Assembly (NCBI GenBank): GCA_910579225.1 | Contig: CAJTTI010000003.1 | Location: 99,150-163,149 of the forward strand | DNA: 64,000 bases | Direction of reading: 5' to 3' | Origin: an uncultured Lachnospiraceae bacterium | GTDB lineage: Bacteria; Bacillota; Clostridia; Lachnospirales; Lachnospiraceae | Shown: piece by piece, positions 1 to 10,175 of the stretch | How the letters are laid out: each line of letters starts with the position of its first letter | How positions within the stretch are numbered: the first letter of the stretch is position 1 | The notes under the pieces: generated by a model | Told to the model about the DNA's origin: nothing | What the model saw: only the letters and a program-made list of their open reading frames with translations | Database searches by the model: none | Position numbers and translations under genes: made by a program

Positions 1-42
1 ATAAGTGTGAGTTTCACAGTGCAACCTCCAGATGAGGATTCT

Positions 43-1995
43 TTAACAAACTTCTGCACCGGCTGGCATGGAACGCTCGGGAGTCATCAAAGAAAGATTT
101 CCTTCTGCATCTTCTGCACACAGCAACATGCCTTCAGACACAAGGCCGCGGATCTTCCGGGGCTCCAGATTCACCAGGACCAGGACTTTCTTGCCTGCCA
201 TTTCATCCGGAGTATAGGCGCTGCGGATACCGGAGACAATCTGACGCACCTGATTTCCAATTCTGACCTGGGAGCAAAGCAGTTTATCGGCTTTGGGTAC
301 CGCTTCACAGGAAAGAACCTCTCCGATCTGCAGCTGCAGTTTACTGAAAGCGTCAAAAGAAATATTCTCCTTTGGTTCTATGTCAATGACTGGGTCGCTC
401 TTTTTTTCTTTTGCCGTTTCGGCAGCTTTTCGTTCTTCGGCTTTTTCCAGAACTTCCTTTATGTCCAGACGTGCAAAGAGAATCTGCGGGCTGTCAGTTA
501 CTTTGGTTCCTGATTTGTAGAGACCAAAGTCGTCCATCTCTTCGATGGTACGTTTTTCGGCATTCAGCTGTTCCAGAATCTTTCCGGAAGTGGATGGCAT
601 AAACGGTTCCAGAAGGGAAGCGCCATAGCTGATACTTTCCACCAGGTTGTAGAGAACTGTGGAAAGACGGTTTTTCTTTGCCGGATCTTTTGCCAGTGCC
701 CAGGGCATAGTCTCATCAATATATTTGTTGCAGCGTTTGAACAGGTTGAAGATCTCAGTAATAGCGTCTGCCACGCGAAGCTGTTCCATTTTCTCAGTTA
801 CTTTAGGAAGGGTATTCAGAATGGTTTCCTTCAGATCTTCGTCTACTTTTTCCACTTCCTTTGTATCTGTCACAATACCGCCAAAATATTTATTGGACAT
901 GGAGACCGTGCGGTTCAGAAGATTCCCAAGCGTGTTGGCCAGCTCTGAGTTCAATCGTTCAACCATCAGTTCCCAGGTAATAACGCCATCATTTTCAAAA
1001 GGCATCTCATGAAGCACAAAGTAACGTACAGCATCCACGCCGAAGAAATCTACCAGTTCGTCTGCATAGAGTACGTTTCCTTTGGATTTGCTCATCTTGC
1101 CGTCTCCCTGCAACAGCCAGGGATGTCCGAAAATCTGCTTTGGAAGAGGCAGATCCAGAGACATAAGGAAAATAGGCCAGTAGATTGTATGGAAACGAAT
1201 AATGTCCTTGCCAATCAGATGCAGGTCTGCCGGCCAGTTCTTCTGAAACATTTCACTGCTGTCTGCGCTGCACTCATAACCAATGCCCGTGATGTAGTTG
1301 GTCAGGGCGTCCAGCCATACATAGACCACATGCTTGGGATCAAAATCTACCGGAATTCCCCATTTGAATGAGGTCCGGGATACGCACAGATCCTGCAGAC
1401 CAGGCAGCAGGAAGTTATTCATCATCTCATTTTTGCGGGATACGGGCTGAATAAATTCCGGATGGCTGTTGATATGCTCAATTAACTGATCTGCATATTT
1501 GCTCATCCTGAAGAAATAGGCTTCTTCCTTTGCAGGCTGTACTTCCCGGCCACAGTCAGGACATTTTCCGTCTACCAACTGGGACTCCGTAAAAAATGAT
1601 TCACAGGGAGTACAGTACATTCCTTCATAATATCCTTTGTAGATATCTCCTTTATCGTACATATATTTGAAAATTTTCTGTACCTGTGCTTCATGATCCT
1701 CGTCTGTGGTCCGGATGAATTTGTCATAGGATGTATCCATCAGATCCCAGATCTCTTTGATCTGGCCGGCTACATTGTCTACAAATTCTTGTGGAGTGAT
1801 GCCTGCTTCTGCTGCCTTCAGCTCAATCTTCTGTCCATGCTCATCGGTTCCGGTCTGGAAAAACACATCATAACCCTGAAATCTCCGATAACGGGCAATG
1901 CTGTCTGCCAGTACGATCTCATAGGTATTGCCAATATGTGGTTTTCCGGATGTATAAGCAATGGCAGTGGTCATATAATATTTTTTTTTGTCCAT
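43..1995 (-). CDS. metG: Methionyl-tRNA synthetase with C-terminal tRNA-binding domain
   Basis: HIGN and KMSKS class I motifs, CxxC...CPDC zinc knuckle, C-terminal Trbp111-like domain (RQIVSGI...SEGMLL). Confidence 0.98.
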   Translation of the reverse strand: MDKKKYYMTTAIAYTSGKPHIGNTYEIVLADSIARYRRFQGYDVFFQTGTDEHGQKIELKAAEAGITPQEFVDNVAGQIKEIWDLMDTSYDKFIRTTDEDHEAQVQKIFKYMYDKGDIYKGYYEGMYCTPCESFFTESQLVDGKCPDCGREVQPAKEEAYFFRMSKYADQLIEHINSHPEFIQPVSRKNEMMNNFLLPGLQDLCVSRTSFKWGIPVDFDPKHVVYVWLDALTNYITGIGYECSADSSEMFQKNWPADLHLIGKDIIRFHTIYWPIFLMSLDLPLPKQIFGHPWLLQGDGKMSKSKGNVLYADELVDFFGVDAVRYFVLHEMPFENDGVITWELMVERLNSELANTLGNLLNRTVSMSNKYFGGIVTDTKEVEKVDEDLKETILNTLPKVTEKMEQLRVADAITEIFNLFKRCNKYIDETMPWALAKDPAKKNRLSTVLYNLVESISYGASLLEPFMPSTSGKILEQLNAEKRTIEEMDDFGLYKSGTKVTDSPQILFARLDIKEVLEKAEERKAAETAKEKKSDPVIDIEPKENISFDAFSKLQLQIGEVLSCEAVPKADKLLCSQVRIGNQVRQIVSGIRSAYTPDEMAGKKVLVLVNLEPRKIRGLVSEGMLLCAEDAEGNLSLMTPERSMPAGAEVC

Positions 1996-2115
1996 CTGTT
2001 TACCTCTTTTTTCCTTTATTGTTTACCTAAAACCATTTTTAACAGATTAGCACAGGAAGAAAGAGAAGTCAATCAAACCTTCGAAGAAAGAAATATCACA
2101 ATAAGGGTATAAATT

Positions 2116-2155
2116 CAGACCGGAGAGCAGGATGATCTCACTGCTCTCCGGTCTG
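2116..2155 (-). terminator. Hairpin downstream of gdhA, probable intrinsic terminator
   Basis: Perfect 15-bp inverted repeat cagaccggagagcag / ctgctctccggtctg just after the gdhA stop codon. Confidence 0.75.
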
Positions 2156-2167
2156 GAGTTATGGGAT

Positions 2168-3427
2168 TTAAAACCAGTTGCCTCTTGCTTTCTTTGCATC
2201 AATAACACGTTTTACGGCGATCAAATATGCGCCTGTTCGCATGGGAAGTTGTTTTTCCTCTGAAATATCCCATACGCCATGGAATGCCTTATCCATGATT
2301 TCTTTTAACTGTTCATTTACATAATTTTCTGTCCAGCTTACAGACTGAATGTTCTGCACCCATTCGAAATAAGAAACGACAACGCCGCCTGCATTGGCAA
2401 GGATGTCAGGAACTACAGTGATTCCCCTCTGACTCAGGATTTCATCGGCTTCTATGGTAACAGGACCGTTGGCAGCCTCAACAATTAGTTTTGCCTGAAT
2501 CTGTGCTGCGTTATTCTCATTAATCTGATTTTCCAAAGCAGCCGGAATCAGCAAAGTGGTATTCAATGTCAGGAGTTCCTGATTGGTGATATGGGTAACT
2601 CCGTCTTCATTATAATCTTCCAATAAATGGTGTCTGTCTTCGGAGAGATATTTTAAAATATTCGGAATATCCAGGCCGCTTTCTTTGTACAGACCGCCAG
2701 ACACATCGCTGACAGCAACGATACGCATGTTATTTTCATATAACAGTTTTGCAGTGATACTTCCGACATTTCCCATGCCTTGAATTGCTGTGGCGGTTCC
2801 CTCCACGGGAATTCCCATCTTATTCAATATGTTTTTAACGGTGAACATGACTCCGCGTCCGGTTGCTTCCTGACGTCCAAGGGCACCACCCAGTTCAATG
2901 GGTTTGCCGGTCACGACGCCTGGTACGCAATGTCCATTCATAATGGAGAAGGTATCCATCATCCATGCCATGATTGTGGCATTGGTTCCCACATCCGGAG
3001 CGGGAATATCCTGTTCTGGTCCGATCAGAGGGAAGATTGCAGCGGTAAAACGCCGTGTAAGGGTATTCAATTCTCTTTCTGAAAGCTGTTTCGGATCACA
3101 GATCACAGCGCCCTTACCGCCTCCGAAAGGAATATTAACGACGGCACATTTAAAAGTCATCCAGGCAGACAATGCTTTTACTTCATCCATGTTTACACTG
3201 GTATGGTAGCGGATGCCTCCTTTGGCAGGACCTCTTGAAGTCGAGTGCTGTACGCGGAATCCTTCAAAGACCTTAACCGTTCCATCATCCATATTTACAG
3301 GAACAGATACTTTCAGTTCTCTCTCGGGATATTTGATCGCCTCATAATCTTCAGGTGCATATCCTAAGATTTTAGCTGCCTGGTCGACAACTCTCAATAC
3401 GTTATCATAGGGATTGTATGTACTCAT
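2168..3427 (-). CDS. gdhA: Glu/Leu/Phe/Val dehydrogenase (glutamate dehydrogenase)
   Basis: GPAKGGIRY, GGGKG, DIPAPDVGT, ATGRG, QGMGNVG, EAANGP, VSYFEWVQN. Start moved to ATG 3427, which follows an AAAGGA RBS. Confidence 0.93.
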   Translation of the reverse strand: MSTYNPYDNVLRVVDQAAKILGYAPEDYEAIKYPERELKVSVPVNMDDGTVKVFEGFRVQHSTSRGPAKGGIRYHTSVNMDEVKALSAWMTFKCAVVNIPFGGGKGAVICDPKQLSERELNTLTRRFTAAIFPLIGPEQDIPAPDVGTNATIMAWMMDTFSIMNGHCVPGVVTGKPIELGGALGRQEATGRGVMFTVKNILNKMGIPVEGTATAIQGMGNVGSITAKLLYENNMRIVAVSDVSGGLYKESGLDIPNILKYLSEDRHHLLEDYNEDGVTHITNQELLTLNTTLLIPAALENQINENNAAQIQAKLIVEAANGPVTIEADEILSQRGITVVPDILANAGGVVVSYFEWVQNIQSVSWTENYVNEQLKEIMDKAFHGVWDISEEKQLPMRTGAYLIAVKRVIDAKKARGNWF

Positions 3428-3539
3428 TCCGGTTATCCTTTCTGTCTGAAGAATTTTGGAGGTTACTGTTCGCTCCTTTTGTAGTCCATCTGCGCACATC
3501 TGACTTGCTTTTATTATAAGGGCTAGTTATACTATAGTC

Positions 3540-3580
3540 TAATATTTATATCTGTATAAATATTATAGATAAAAACTATA
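3540..3580. promoter_or_regulatory. Probable LysR-type binding sites in the divergent gdhA/LysR promoter region
   Basis: Palindrome taatatttata-tctg-tataaatatta (3540-3565) and tatag-N7-ctata (3564-3580), which contains a T-N11-A box. Confidence 0.5.
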
Positions 3581-3637
3581 CTATAGCAAAGGCTCTAAGG
3601 CCACAGTGGAACTTTTAACAGAAGAAGGAGAAACTAT

Positions 3638-4594
3638 ATGTTTAGCGGAATGGATTATATTTATGAGGTGTACAGGGAAAGAAGTTTTTCAAAGGCGGCA
3701 AAAAATCTGTACATCTCTCAGCCGTCTCTGAGTGCTTCCGTGAAAAAGACGGAGGAACGTATCGGTGCGCCTGTTTTTGACAGAGGGACAACTCCGCTCC
3801 AGTTGACGGAATGCGGAAAAGAATATATCAAATGTGTAGAGAAGATGCTGGATATTAAAAATGAATTTGCCAATTATATCAAGGATATGGACGAATTGAA
3901 AAAGGGGCAGCTTTCCATTGGCGCCAGCAGTTATTTCTCTTCGCTGATTCTACCGCCGATCATAGCCAAATTTACGGAGAAGTATCCTCTGATTAAAGTA
4001 ACTCTGGTGGAAGCTAATTCTACTCTGCTGGAGAAAAGGCTGCTGGCCGGGACTTTGGACATGGCGCTTGACAATACGGTCTTTAACGGGAAAATTTATG
4101 TCAACTATCCTTACTGTGAGGAACATTTGCTGCTGGCAGTGCCGAAAAAATTTGCCTGTAATGACAAAGTAAAAGAATATCAGATGACAGCGGAGCAGAT
4201 CGCAGAAGGAAGACATTTGCAGGAGGATATGCCCTGTGTGGACGTGGGGATTTTTAAAGAAGAACCTTTCATCTTTCTGCGGTTTGGCAATGATACAAGA
4301 CGCAGAGCAGATAAAATCTGTCAAGACAGCGGGTTTACGCCCCGAATCGTTTTAAAACTGGAACAGCAGATTACAGCGTATCATATGTCCGGCAACGGAA
4401 TGGGGGCCACATTTATCAGCGATAAGCTTGTCCAGAAAGCGGTGCCGGACCCTTCGCTGTTTTATTACAAACTCAGGGAGGAAGACGCGGCAAGGTATGT
4501 GTATTTTTACCATAAACAGAGCCGTTATGTAACCAGGGCAATGGAAGAATTCATGAAAATTGCATGGGAATTGTGCGTATCTGATTGTGCATGA
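3638..4594 (+). CDS. LysR-family transcriptional regulator
   Basis: N-terminal SFSKAAKNLYISQPSLS HTH; divergent from gdhA. Confidence 0.95.
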   Translation: MFSGMDYIYEVYRERSFSKAAKNLYISQPSLSASVKKTEERIGAPVFDRGTTPLQLTECGKEYIKCVEKMLDIKNEFANYIKDMDELKKGQLSIGASSYFSSLILPPIIAKFTEKYPLIKVTLVEANSTLLEKRLLAGTLDMALDNTVFNGKIYVNYPYCEEHLLLAVPKKFACNDKVKEYQMTAEQIAEGRHLQEDMPCVDVGIFKEEPFIFLRFGNDTRRRADKICQDSGFTPRIVLKLEQQITAYHMSGNGMGATFISDKLVQKAVPDPSLFYYKLREEDAARYVYFYHKQSRYVTRAMEEFMKIAWELCVSDCA

Positions 4595-4674
4595 TGAAAA
4601 AAATATGTATGTTTGGAACGAAAACTTTTCAGGACTGATATGGTATGATGAGAAAAAAGAATACCATATCGTAT

Positions 4675-4820
4675 GAAGGGTTCGGGAGAGACTGCATCAT
4701 CAGCACCGAAGGGGCAACGAATAAGGGAAACTCTCAGGTAAAAAGACCGGATCCGGACGAAACTCTGGAGAGCGCAGTATCACCCAAGAGGCCAATCTTT
4801 CAGGTAAAAGGACAGAGACA
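4675..4820 (+). ncRNA. Tandem glycine riboswitch (two aptamers)
   Basis: Two repeats of GGAGAG...CACC(G/C)AAG...(C/T)TCAGGTAAAA(A/G)GAC directly upstream of gcvT. Confidence 0.93.
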
Positions 4821-4863
4821 TTAGAACTATCACAAGGCTGTGAGGTTTATAATGTCTTTTTTT
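4817..4863 (+). terminator. Riboswitch expression-platform terminator
   Basis: gacatta...taatgtc stem followed by T7, overlapping the 3' end of aptamer 2. Confidence 0.75.
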
Positions 4864-4903
4864 GTACAAAAACAATGGAATTATAAAGGAGGGTATATAC
4901 GAA

Positions 4904-5992
4904 GTGGACAAAAAGACACCGTTATATGACACACATGTGAAAGCAAAAGGGAAGATCGTTTCTTTTGCCGGCTATCTGCTTCCGGTGCAGTACGAGGGAG
5001 TTATGGCAGAACATATGGCTGTGAGAGAGCGATGCGGGCTGTTTGACGTTTCGCATATGGGAGAATTTGTTCTGACCGGAAAGGATGCCGGGAAGAATCT
5101 GAATGCTTTGCTTACCAATGACTACAGTCATATGGAGGATGGGCAGGCCAGATACAGTCCCATGTGCAATGAGCAGGGCGGAGTGGTGGATGACCTGATC
5201 GTATATAAGGTACGGGAAGATCATTATTTTATTGTAGTAAATGCTGCGAATAAAGAGAAAGATCTGGCATGGATGCAGGCTCATATATTTGGAGATGCTG
5301 TATGTCAGGATGTTTCTGACAGGGTAGCTCTGATTGCGCTGCAGGGACCGAAGGCAGACCAGATTCTGAAAAAGCTGGTGCCGGATGAGGCTATACCAAA
5401 AAAATACTATACATGTAAATTTGATCAGAACCTGCAGGGCATCCGGTGCGGGATTTCAAAGACAGGGTATACAGGAGAGGAGGGTTACGAGTTTTATCTG
5501 GAAGGAAAGGATGCGCCTGCTTTCTGGGATCTGTTAATGAAAGCAGGAAAAGAAGAAGGGCTGGCGGCCTGCGGTTTGGGCGCGAGGGATACGCTTCGGC
5601 TGGAAGCAGCAATGCCTCTTTACGGACATGAGATGGATGATGAGATTACTCCTCTGGAGACAGGCCTCGGAAGTTTTGTGAAAATGGAGAAGCAGGATTT
5701 TACCGGAAAATCTGCTTTGCTGAAGAGCGGGGAACCAAAGCGTCTCAGAGTCGGATTAAAAGTGGTCGGGCGGGGGATCGTCCGGGAACAGATGGATGTG
5801 TATGGAAACGGGAAACTGGTAGGAAAGACTACATCAGGGACCCATTGTCCATACCTTGGATATGCGGTTGCCATGGCGCTGCTTTCCAAAGATTATACAC
5901 AGCCGGGGACCAGAGTGGAAGTGGAAGTCCGCGGAAGAAAAGTTGAGGCAGAAGTGGTATCTCTGCCGTTTTATAAGAGAAAAAAACAGTAG
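4904..5992 (+). CDS. gcvT: Glycine cleavage system T protein (aminomethyltransferase)
   Basis: KTPLYDTH, GLFDVSHMGE, TGYTGEEGYE, GLGARDTLRLEA; GTG start after AAGGAGG. Confidence 0.97.
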   Translation: MDKKTPLYDTHVKAKGKIVSFAGYLLPVQYEGVMAEHMAVRERCGLFDVSHMGEFVLTGKDAGKNLNALLTNDYSHMEDGQARYSPMCNEQGGVVDDLIVYKVREDHYFIVVNAANKEKDLAWMQAHIFGDAVCQDVSDRVALIALQGPKADQILKKLVPDEAIPKKYYTCKFDQNLQGIRCGISKTGYTGEEGYEFYLEGKDAPAFWDLLMKAGKEEGLAACGLGARDTLRLEAAMPLYGHEMDDEITPLETGLGSFVKMEKQDFTGKSALLKSGEPKRLRVGLKVVGRGIVREQMDVYGNGKLVGKTTSGTHCPYLGYAVAMALLSKDYTQPGTRVEVEVRGRKVEAEVVSLPFYKRKKQ

Positions 5993-6005
5993 GAGGATTT
6001 ATAAT

Positions 6006-6383
6006 ATGCAGTTTCCAGAAGAATTAAAATATGTAAAATCTCATGAGTGGATCAAAGTGGAAGGAGACCAGGCAAGGATTGGTATCTCAGATTATGCCCA
6101 GGATGCTTTGGGCGATCTGGTATTTGTCAATCTGCCGGAAGTAGGGGATGAAGTGGAGGCAGGAGATGTTTTTGCGGATGTGGAGTCGGTAAAAGCAGTA
6201 TCTGATATTTATTCTCCTGTATCTGGTATTGTAGCAGCCGTAAATGAAGAACTCATGGAAAATCCGGAGAAGATCAATGTGGATCCCTATGGAGCATGGA
6301 TGATTCTGGTTGAGAAGATCACGGAGACAGAGGAGTGTATGGACGCGGCGCAGTACCGTGAATATATTGAAAATCAGGAGTAA
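6006..6383 (+). CDS. gcvH: Glycine cleavage system H protein
   Basis: SHEW, GISDYAQDALGD, lipoyl-lysine motif VESVKAVSD; ATG 6006 after AGGAGG. Confidence 0.97.
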   Translation: MQFPEELKYVKSHEWIKVEGDQARIGISDYAQDALGDLVFVNLPEVGDEVEAGDVFADVESVKAVSDIYSPVSGIVAAVNEELMENPEKINVDPYGAWMILVEKITETEECMDAAQYREYIENQE

Positions 6384-6397
6384 GGAGGGCAGGACAT

Positions 6398-7723
6398 ATG
6401 GGGTCCTATGTGGTTTCTACAAAAGAAGAACAGCAGCAGATGCTGAAAGAAATTGGCATGGAAAAGATAGAGGAGCTGTTTGCCCAGGTTCCGGAGGAAG
6501 TGAAGTTTAAAGGAACATGGAAGCTTCCCAAAGGGCTCTCCGAGATAGAAGTACGCACCAAAATGCAGGAAATTGCAGAAAAAAACAAGGTCTTTCCGCA
6601 TATTTTCCGGGGTGCAGGCGCTTATAACCACTATATTCCTTCCATAGTAAAAGCAGTAACTTCCAAAGAGGAGTTTGTGACGGCATATACGCCCTATCAG
6701 GCAGAGATCAGTCAGGGGATTCTGCAGTCTATCTTTGAATATCAGTCCATGATCTGTGAACTGACAGGTATGGATGTATCCAATGCATCTGTATATGATG
6801 GTGCCACGGCAGCTGCAGAAGCTGTAGCCATGTGCCGGGAGAGGAAGAAAGATAAGATTCTGATATCTTCTACTTCGAATCCGGAAGTGGTGGAAGTGAT
6901 CAGGACTTATTGTTACGGCAATGGGATGGAGTGCCAGATGGTTCCTCAGAAACAGGGACATACAGATATGGAAGCCCTTGAAGCAATGCTGACAGAGGAT
7001 ACGGCAGGTTTTTATGTGCAGGAGCCTAATTATTACGGAATACTGGAAGATTATGATGCAATGGGGCAGATGGTTCACAGGCAGAAGGCCAGATATATTA
7101 TGGGATGTAACCCCATAGCCCTGGCAGTGCTGAAGACGCCGGGAGAATATGGCGCGGATATTGCAGTGGGGGAAGGACAGCCTCTGGGAATGGAACTGGG
7201 ATTCGGAGGACCTTATCTTGGATTTATGGCATCCACAAAAGCGCTGATGCGAAGGCTTCCGGGAAGAATTGTAGGAGAGACGGTGGACGAACAGGGGAGA
7301 AGAACGTTTGTTTTGACGCTCCAGGCAAGAGAACAGCATATCCGAAGAGAGAAAGCCGGGAGCAATGTGTGTTCGAATCAGGCCCATTGCGCTCTGACGG
7401 CAGCTGTATATCTGTCCGCCATGGGTGCAGACGGGCTTAGAGAAGCGGCCAAACAGAGTGCAGCAAGAGCCCATGAACTGCAAAGAGCACTGGGAAATCT
7501 GGGATTTTCCCTAAAATATCCATCCTGTTTTTTCCATGAATTTGTTACAGAGTCGAAAGTCCCGTCTGAGATTGTCGTCAAGGCGCTGGAGGAGAGAGGA
7601 TATCTGGGAGGATTGCCTTTAAATGAGAGAGAGATTCTCTGGTGTGCAACAGAGAAGAATACAAAACAGGAAATAAAGTTCCTGTCAGAGGTGCTGAAGG
7701 AGGTGTGTGAGGCATGGAACTGA
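6398..7723 (+). CDS. gcvPA: Glycine dehydrogenase subunit 1
   Basis: TAYTPYQAEISQG, NASVYDGATA, LQAREQHIRREKA. Confidence 0.97.
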   Translation: MGSYVVSTKEEQQQMLKEIGMEKIEELFAQVPEEVKFKGTWKLPKGLSEIEVRTKMQEIAEKNKVFPHIFRGAGAYNHYIPSIVKAVTSKEEFVTAYTPYQAEISQGILQSIFEYQSMICELTGMDVSNASVYDGATAAAEAVAMCRERKKDKILISSTSNPEVVEVIRTYCYGNGMECQMVPQKQGHTDMEALEAMLTEDTAGFYVQEPNYYGILEDYDAMGQMVHRQKARYIMGCNPIALAVLKTPGEYGADIAVGEGQPLGMELGFGGPYLGFMASTKALMRRLPGRIVGETVDEQGRRTFVLTLQAREQHIRREKAGSNVCSNQAHCALTAAVYLSAMGADGLREAAKQSAARAHELQRALGNLGFSLKYPSCFFHEFVTESKVPSEIVVKALEERGYLGGLPLNEREILWCATEKNTKQEIKFLSEVLKEVCEAWN

Positions 7724-9153
7724 TCTTTGAAAAAGGTGCAGAAGGAAGACATCTTTCCATCCTGCCGTCCTGTGATGCAGAGCAGGTGGAGTTCGGTGAA
7801 TTTTCCAGACAGACAGAGCTCCGGCTTCCGCAGGTGTCGGAGAATGAGTTGAGCCGTCATTACACACAGCTTGCAGAACGCAGTTATGGAGTGAATAACG
7901 GCTTTTATCCTCTCGGATCCTGTACTATGAAATATAATCCGAAAGTAAATGAAGAAGCGGCATCTTTTGATGGATTTACACATATTCATCCGCTTCAGCC
8001 GGAACATACCGCGCAAGGATGTCTGGAAGTATTCCGGCTTGCAGAGGAGGCTCTTTGCGAGATTACAGGTATGGATGCCATGACCTTCCAGCCTGCTGCA
8101 GGTGCCCACGGAGAATTTACGGGGCTTCTGCTGATAAAAGCATATCATGAGAAACGGGGAGACAGCCGGAGAAAGAAGATCATCGTACCGGATTCTGCTC
8201 ATGGAACCAATCCGGCAAGCGCAGCCATGGCGGGATTTGAGATTGTAAATATTCCTTCGGCGCCGGATGGATGCGTGGATCTGGAAAGTCTCCATAAGGC
8301 AGTGGGGGAAGATACGGCTGGACTTATGCTGACCAATCCCAATACAATCGGACTGTTTGATAAAAATATTCTGGAAATTACCAGGATCGTTCATGAAGCT
8401 GGCGGACTTAATTATTATGACGGAGCAAACCTGAATGCAGTTATGGGCCTAGTACGGCCAGGAGATATGGGTTTTGACGTTGTCCATTTAAATCTTCATA
8501 AAACATTTTCCACACCCCATGGGGGTGGGGGCCCGGGCAGTGGTCCGGTGGGATGCAAAGATTTTCTGGAACAGTTTCTTCCAGGAAAACAGGTCTGTGG
8601 AGAAGACAGACTGGTATCCGAGAAACCGGACTGCTCAGTGGGCTCTGTCAAAGCGTTTAATGGGAATTTCCTGGTGGTGGTAAAGGCGCTGGCATATATT
8701 CTGACGCTGGGGAACGACGGGATACAGGAAGCATCGCAAAATGCGGTTTTGAATGCCAATTATATGGCGAAAAAGCTGGAACATATCTATGATCTTCCAT
8801 ATGGAAGTCATTGCATGCATGAATTTGTCATGAGTCTGGAAAAATTAAAACAAGAGACAAAAGTCAGTGCCATGGATGTGGCGAAGGGATTACTGGATTA
8901 TGGGATCCATCCGCCTACCATGTATTTTCCGTTGATTGTCCATGAAGCATTGATGGTGGAACCAACAGAAACAGAATCCAGAGAGACGCTGGATCATGCA
9001 GTGAAAGTCTTTGAAAAGCTGTGGGAACAGGCACGTCAGGATGGGGAAAAGCTTCACCATGCACCGGTTCATGCGGCAGTGGGCAGGCCGGATGAAGTGA
9101 GAGCAGCAAGACAGCCTGTACTGCGGTATCAGGATTCACAGACAGGAAAGTGA
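7714..9153 (+). CDS. gcvPB: Glycine dehydrogenase subunit 2
   Basis: YPLGSCTMKYNP, AHGTNPASA, PLP lysine in HLNLHKTFSTPHGGGGPG. Confidence 0.97.
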   Translation: MELIFEKGAEGRHLSILPSCDAEQVEFGEFSRQTELRLPQVSENELSRHYTQLAERSYGVNNGFYPLGSCTMKYNPKVNEEAASFDGFTHIHPLQPEHTAQGCLEVFRLAEEALCEITGMDAMTFQPAAGAHGEFTGLLLIKAYHEKRGDSRRKKIIVPDSAHGTNPASAAMAGFEIVNIPSAPDGCVDLESLHKAVGEDTAGLMLTNPNTIGLFDKNILEITRIVHEAGGLNYYDGANLNAVMGLVRPGDMGFDVVHLNLHKTFSTPHGGGGPGSGPVGCKDFLEQFLPGKQVCGEDRLVSEKPDCSVGSVKAFNGNFLVVVKALAYILTLGNDGIQEASQNAVLNANYMAKKLEHIYDLPYGSHCMHEFVMSLEKLKQETKVSAMDVAKGLLDYGIHPPTMYFPLIVHEALMVEPTETESRETLDHAVKVFEKLWEQARQDGEKLHHAPVHAAVGRPDEVRAARQPVLRYQDSQTGK

Positions 9154-10157
9154 GCAGTATGTGTATAAAAACCAAAACGTTTATTACAGATACAGTAAAT
9201 CCATATCTTAATCTTGCCATAGAAGAATATCTTCTGCATGAGGTGAAAGACGGAGAATGTATTCTCTATTTGTGGCAGAACCGGCATACGGTGGTCATCG
9301 GCAGAAACCAGAACTGCTGGAAAGAATGCAAAGTAAATGAACTGGAAGAGGACGGCGGCTATCTGGCCCGCCGTCTGTCCGGCGGCGGAGCGGTGTATCA
9401 TGACCTGGGGAATCTTAATTTCACATTTTTGGCAGGCAAAGAAGATTATAATTTGGAGAAACAGTTAAGAGTCATTCAGAATGCTGTAGCGTCCTTCGGC
9501 CTTTTTGTGGAAAAGACAGGAAGAAATGATCTGACCGTGAATGGAAGGAAATTTTCTGGGAATGCCTTTTATGAGGAAAAAGGAAAATGTTATCATCATG
9601 GCACTATTTTGATTGATTCCGATGTGGGACAGATGAGCCGGTTTCTCAATGTGTCGAAGGAAAAACTGGAATCCAAGGGCGTAAGCTCTGTGCGTGCGAG
9701 AGTAGGAAACCTCTCTGATTTATGTTCGGATATCACAGTGGAAACCATGAAAGAGCAGTTGCTGAAAGCGTTTGCAGGTGAATATGGCGGTGAGCCTGCT
9801 GCTGTGAACAGCCGGCAGATGGACTGGAAGCAGATAAAAGAATATGAAGACAGAAATGGATCATGGGACTGGAAATACGGAAGAAAGATTCCGTTTACAC
9901 ATTCGTTCTCGTCTGGAAGATATCCATGGGGAAGCCTGGAATTTCAGATGCAGGTGGACAAAGGAGTGATTCGCGAATGTACGGTATATTCAGATGGACT
10001 GGAAGAGCGAATCGGACAGCTGGGTCCTGTACTGGAAGGGTGTCTATATAATAGAAGGAATATTCTGGATATGGTAGATGCGGAAATGAAGAAACTGAAC
10101 TTCGCATATGAAATGCAGAAAGATATCCTAAGGTTTCTTCAGGAAAACCTGGAATAA
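9150..10157 (+). CDS. lplA: Lipoate-protein ligase A
   Basis: RRLSGGGAVYHDLGNLNF, GRNDL, KFSGNA, HHGT, SVRARV. Confidence 0.93.
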   Translation: MSSMCIKTKTFITDTVNPYLNLAIEEYLLHEVKDGECILYLWQNRHTVVIGRNQNCWKECKVNELEEDGGYLARRLSGGGAVYHDLGNLNFTFLAGKEDYNLEKQLRVIQNAVASFGLFVEKTGRNDLTVNGRKFSGNAFYEEKGKCYHHGTILIDSDVGQMSRFLNVSKEKLESKGVSSVRARVGNLSDLCSDITVETMKEQLLKAFAGEYGGEPAAVNSRQMDWKQIKEYEDRNGSWDWKYGRKIPFTHSFSSGRYPWGSLEFQMQVDKGVIRECTVYSDGLEERIGQLGPVLEGCLYNRRNILDMVDAEMKKLNFAYEMQKDILRFLQENLE

Positions 10158-10175
10158 GCAGATTAAAGCAACAGA

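Noticed and set aside
1996..2115. T-box or SAM riboswitch upstream of metG
   Set aside because: The region is too short and has no T-box or S-box consensus.
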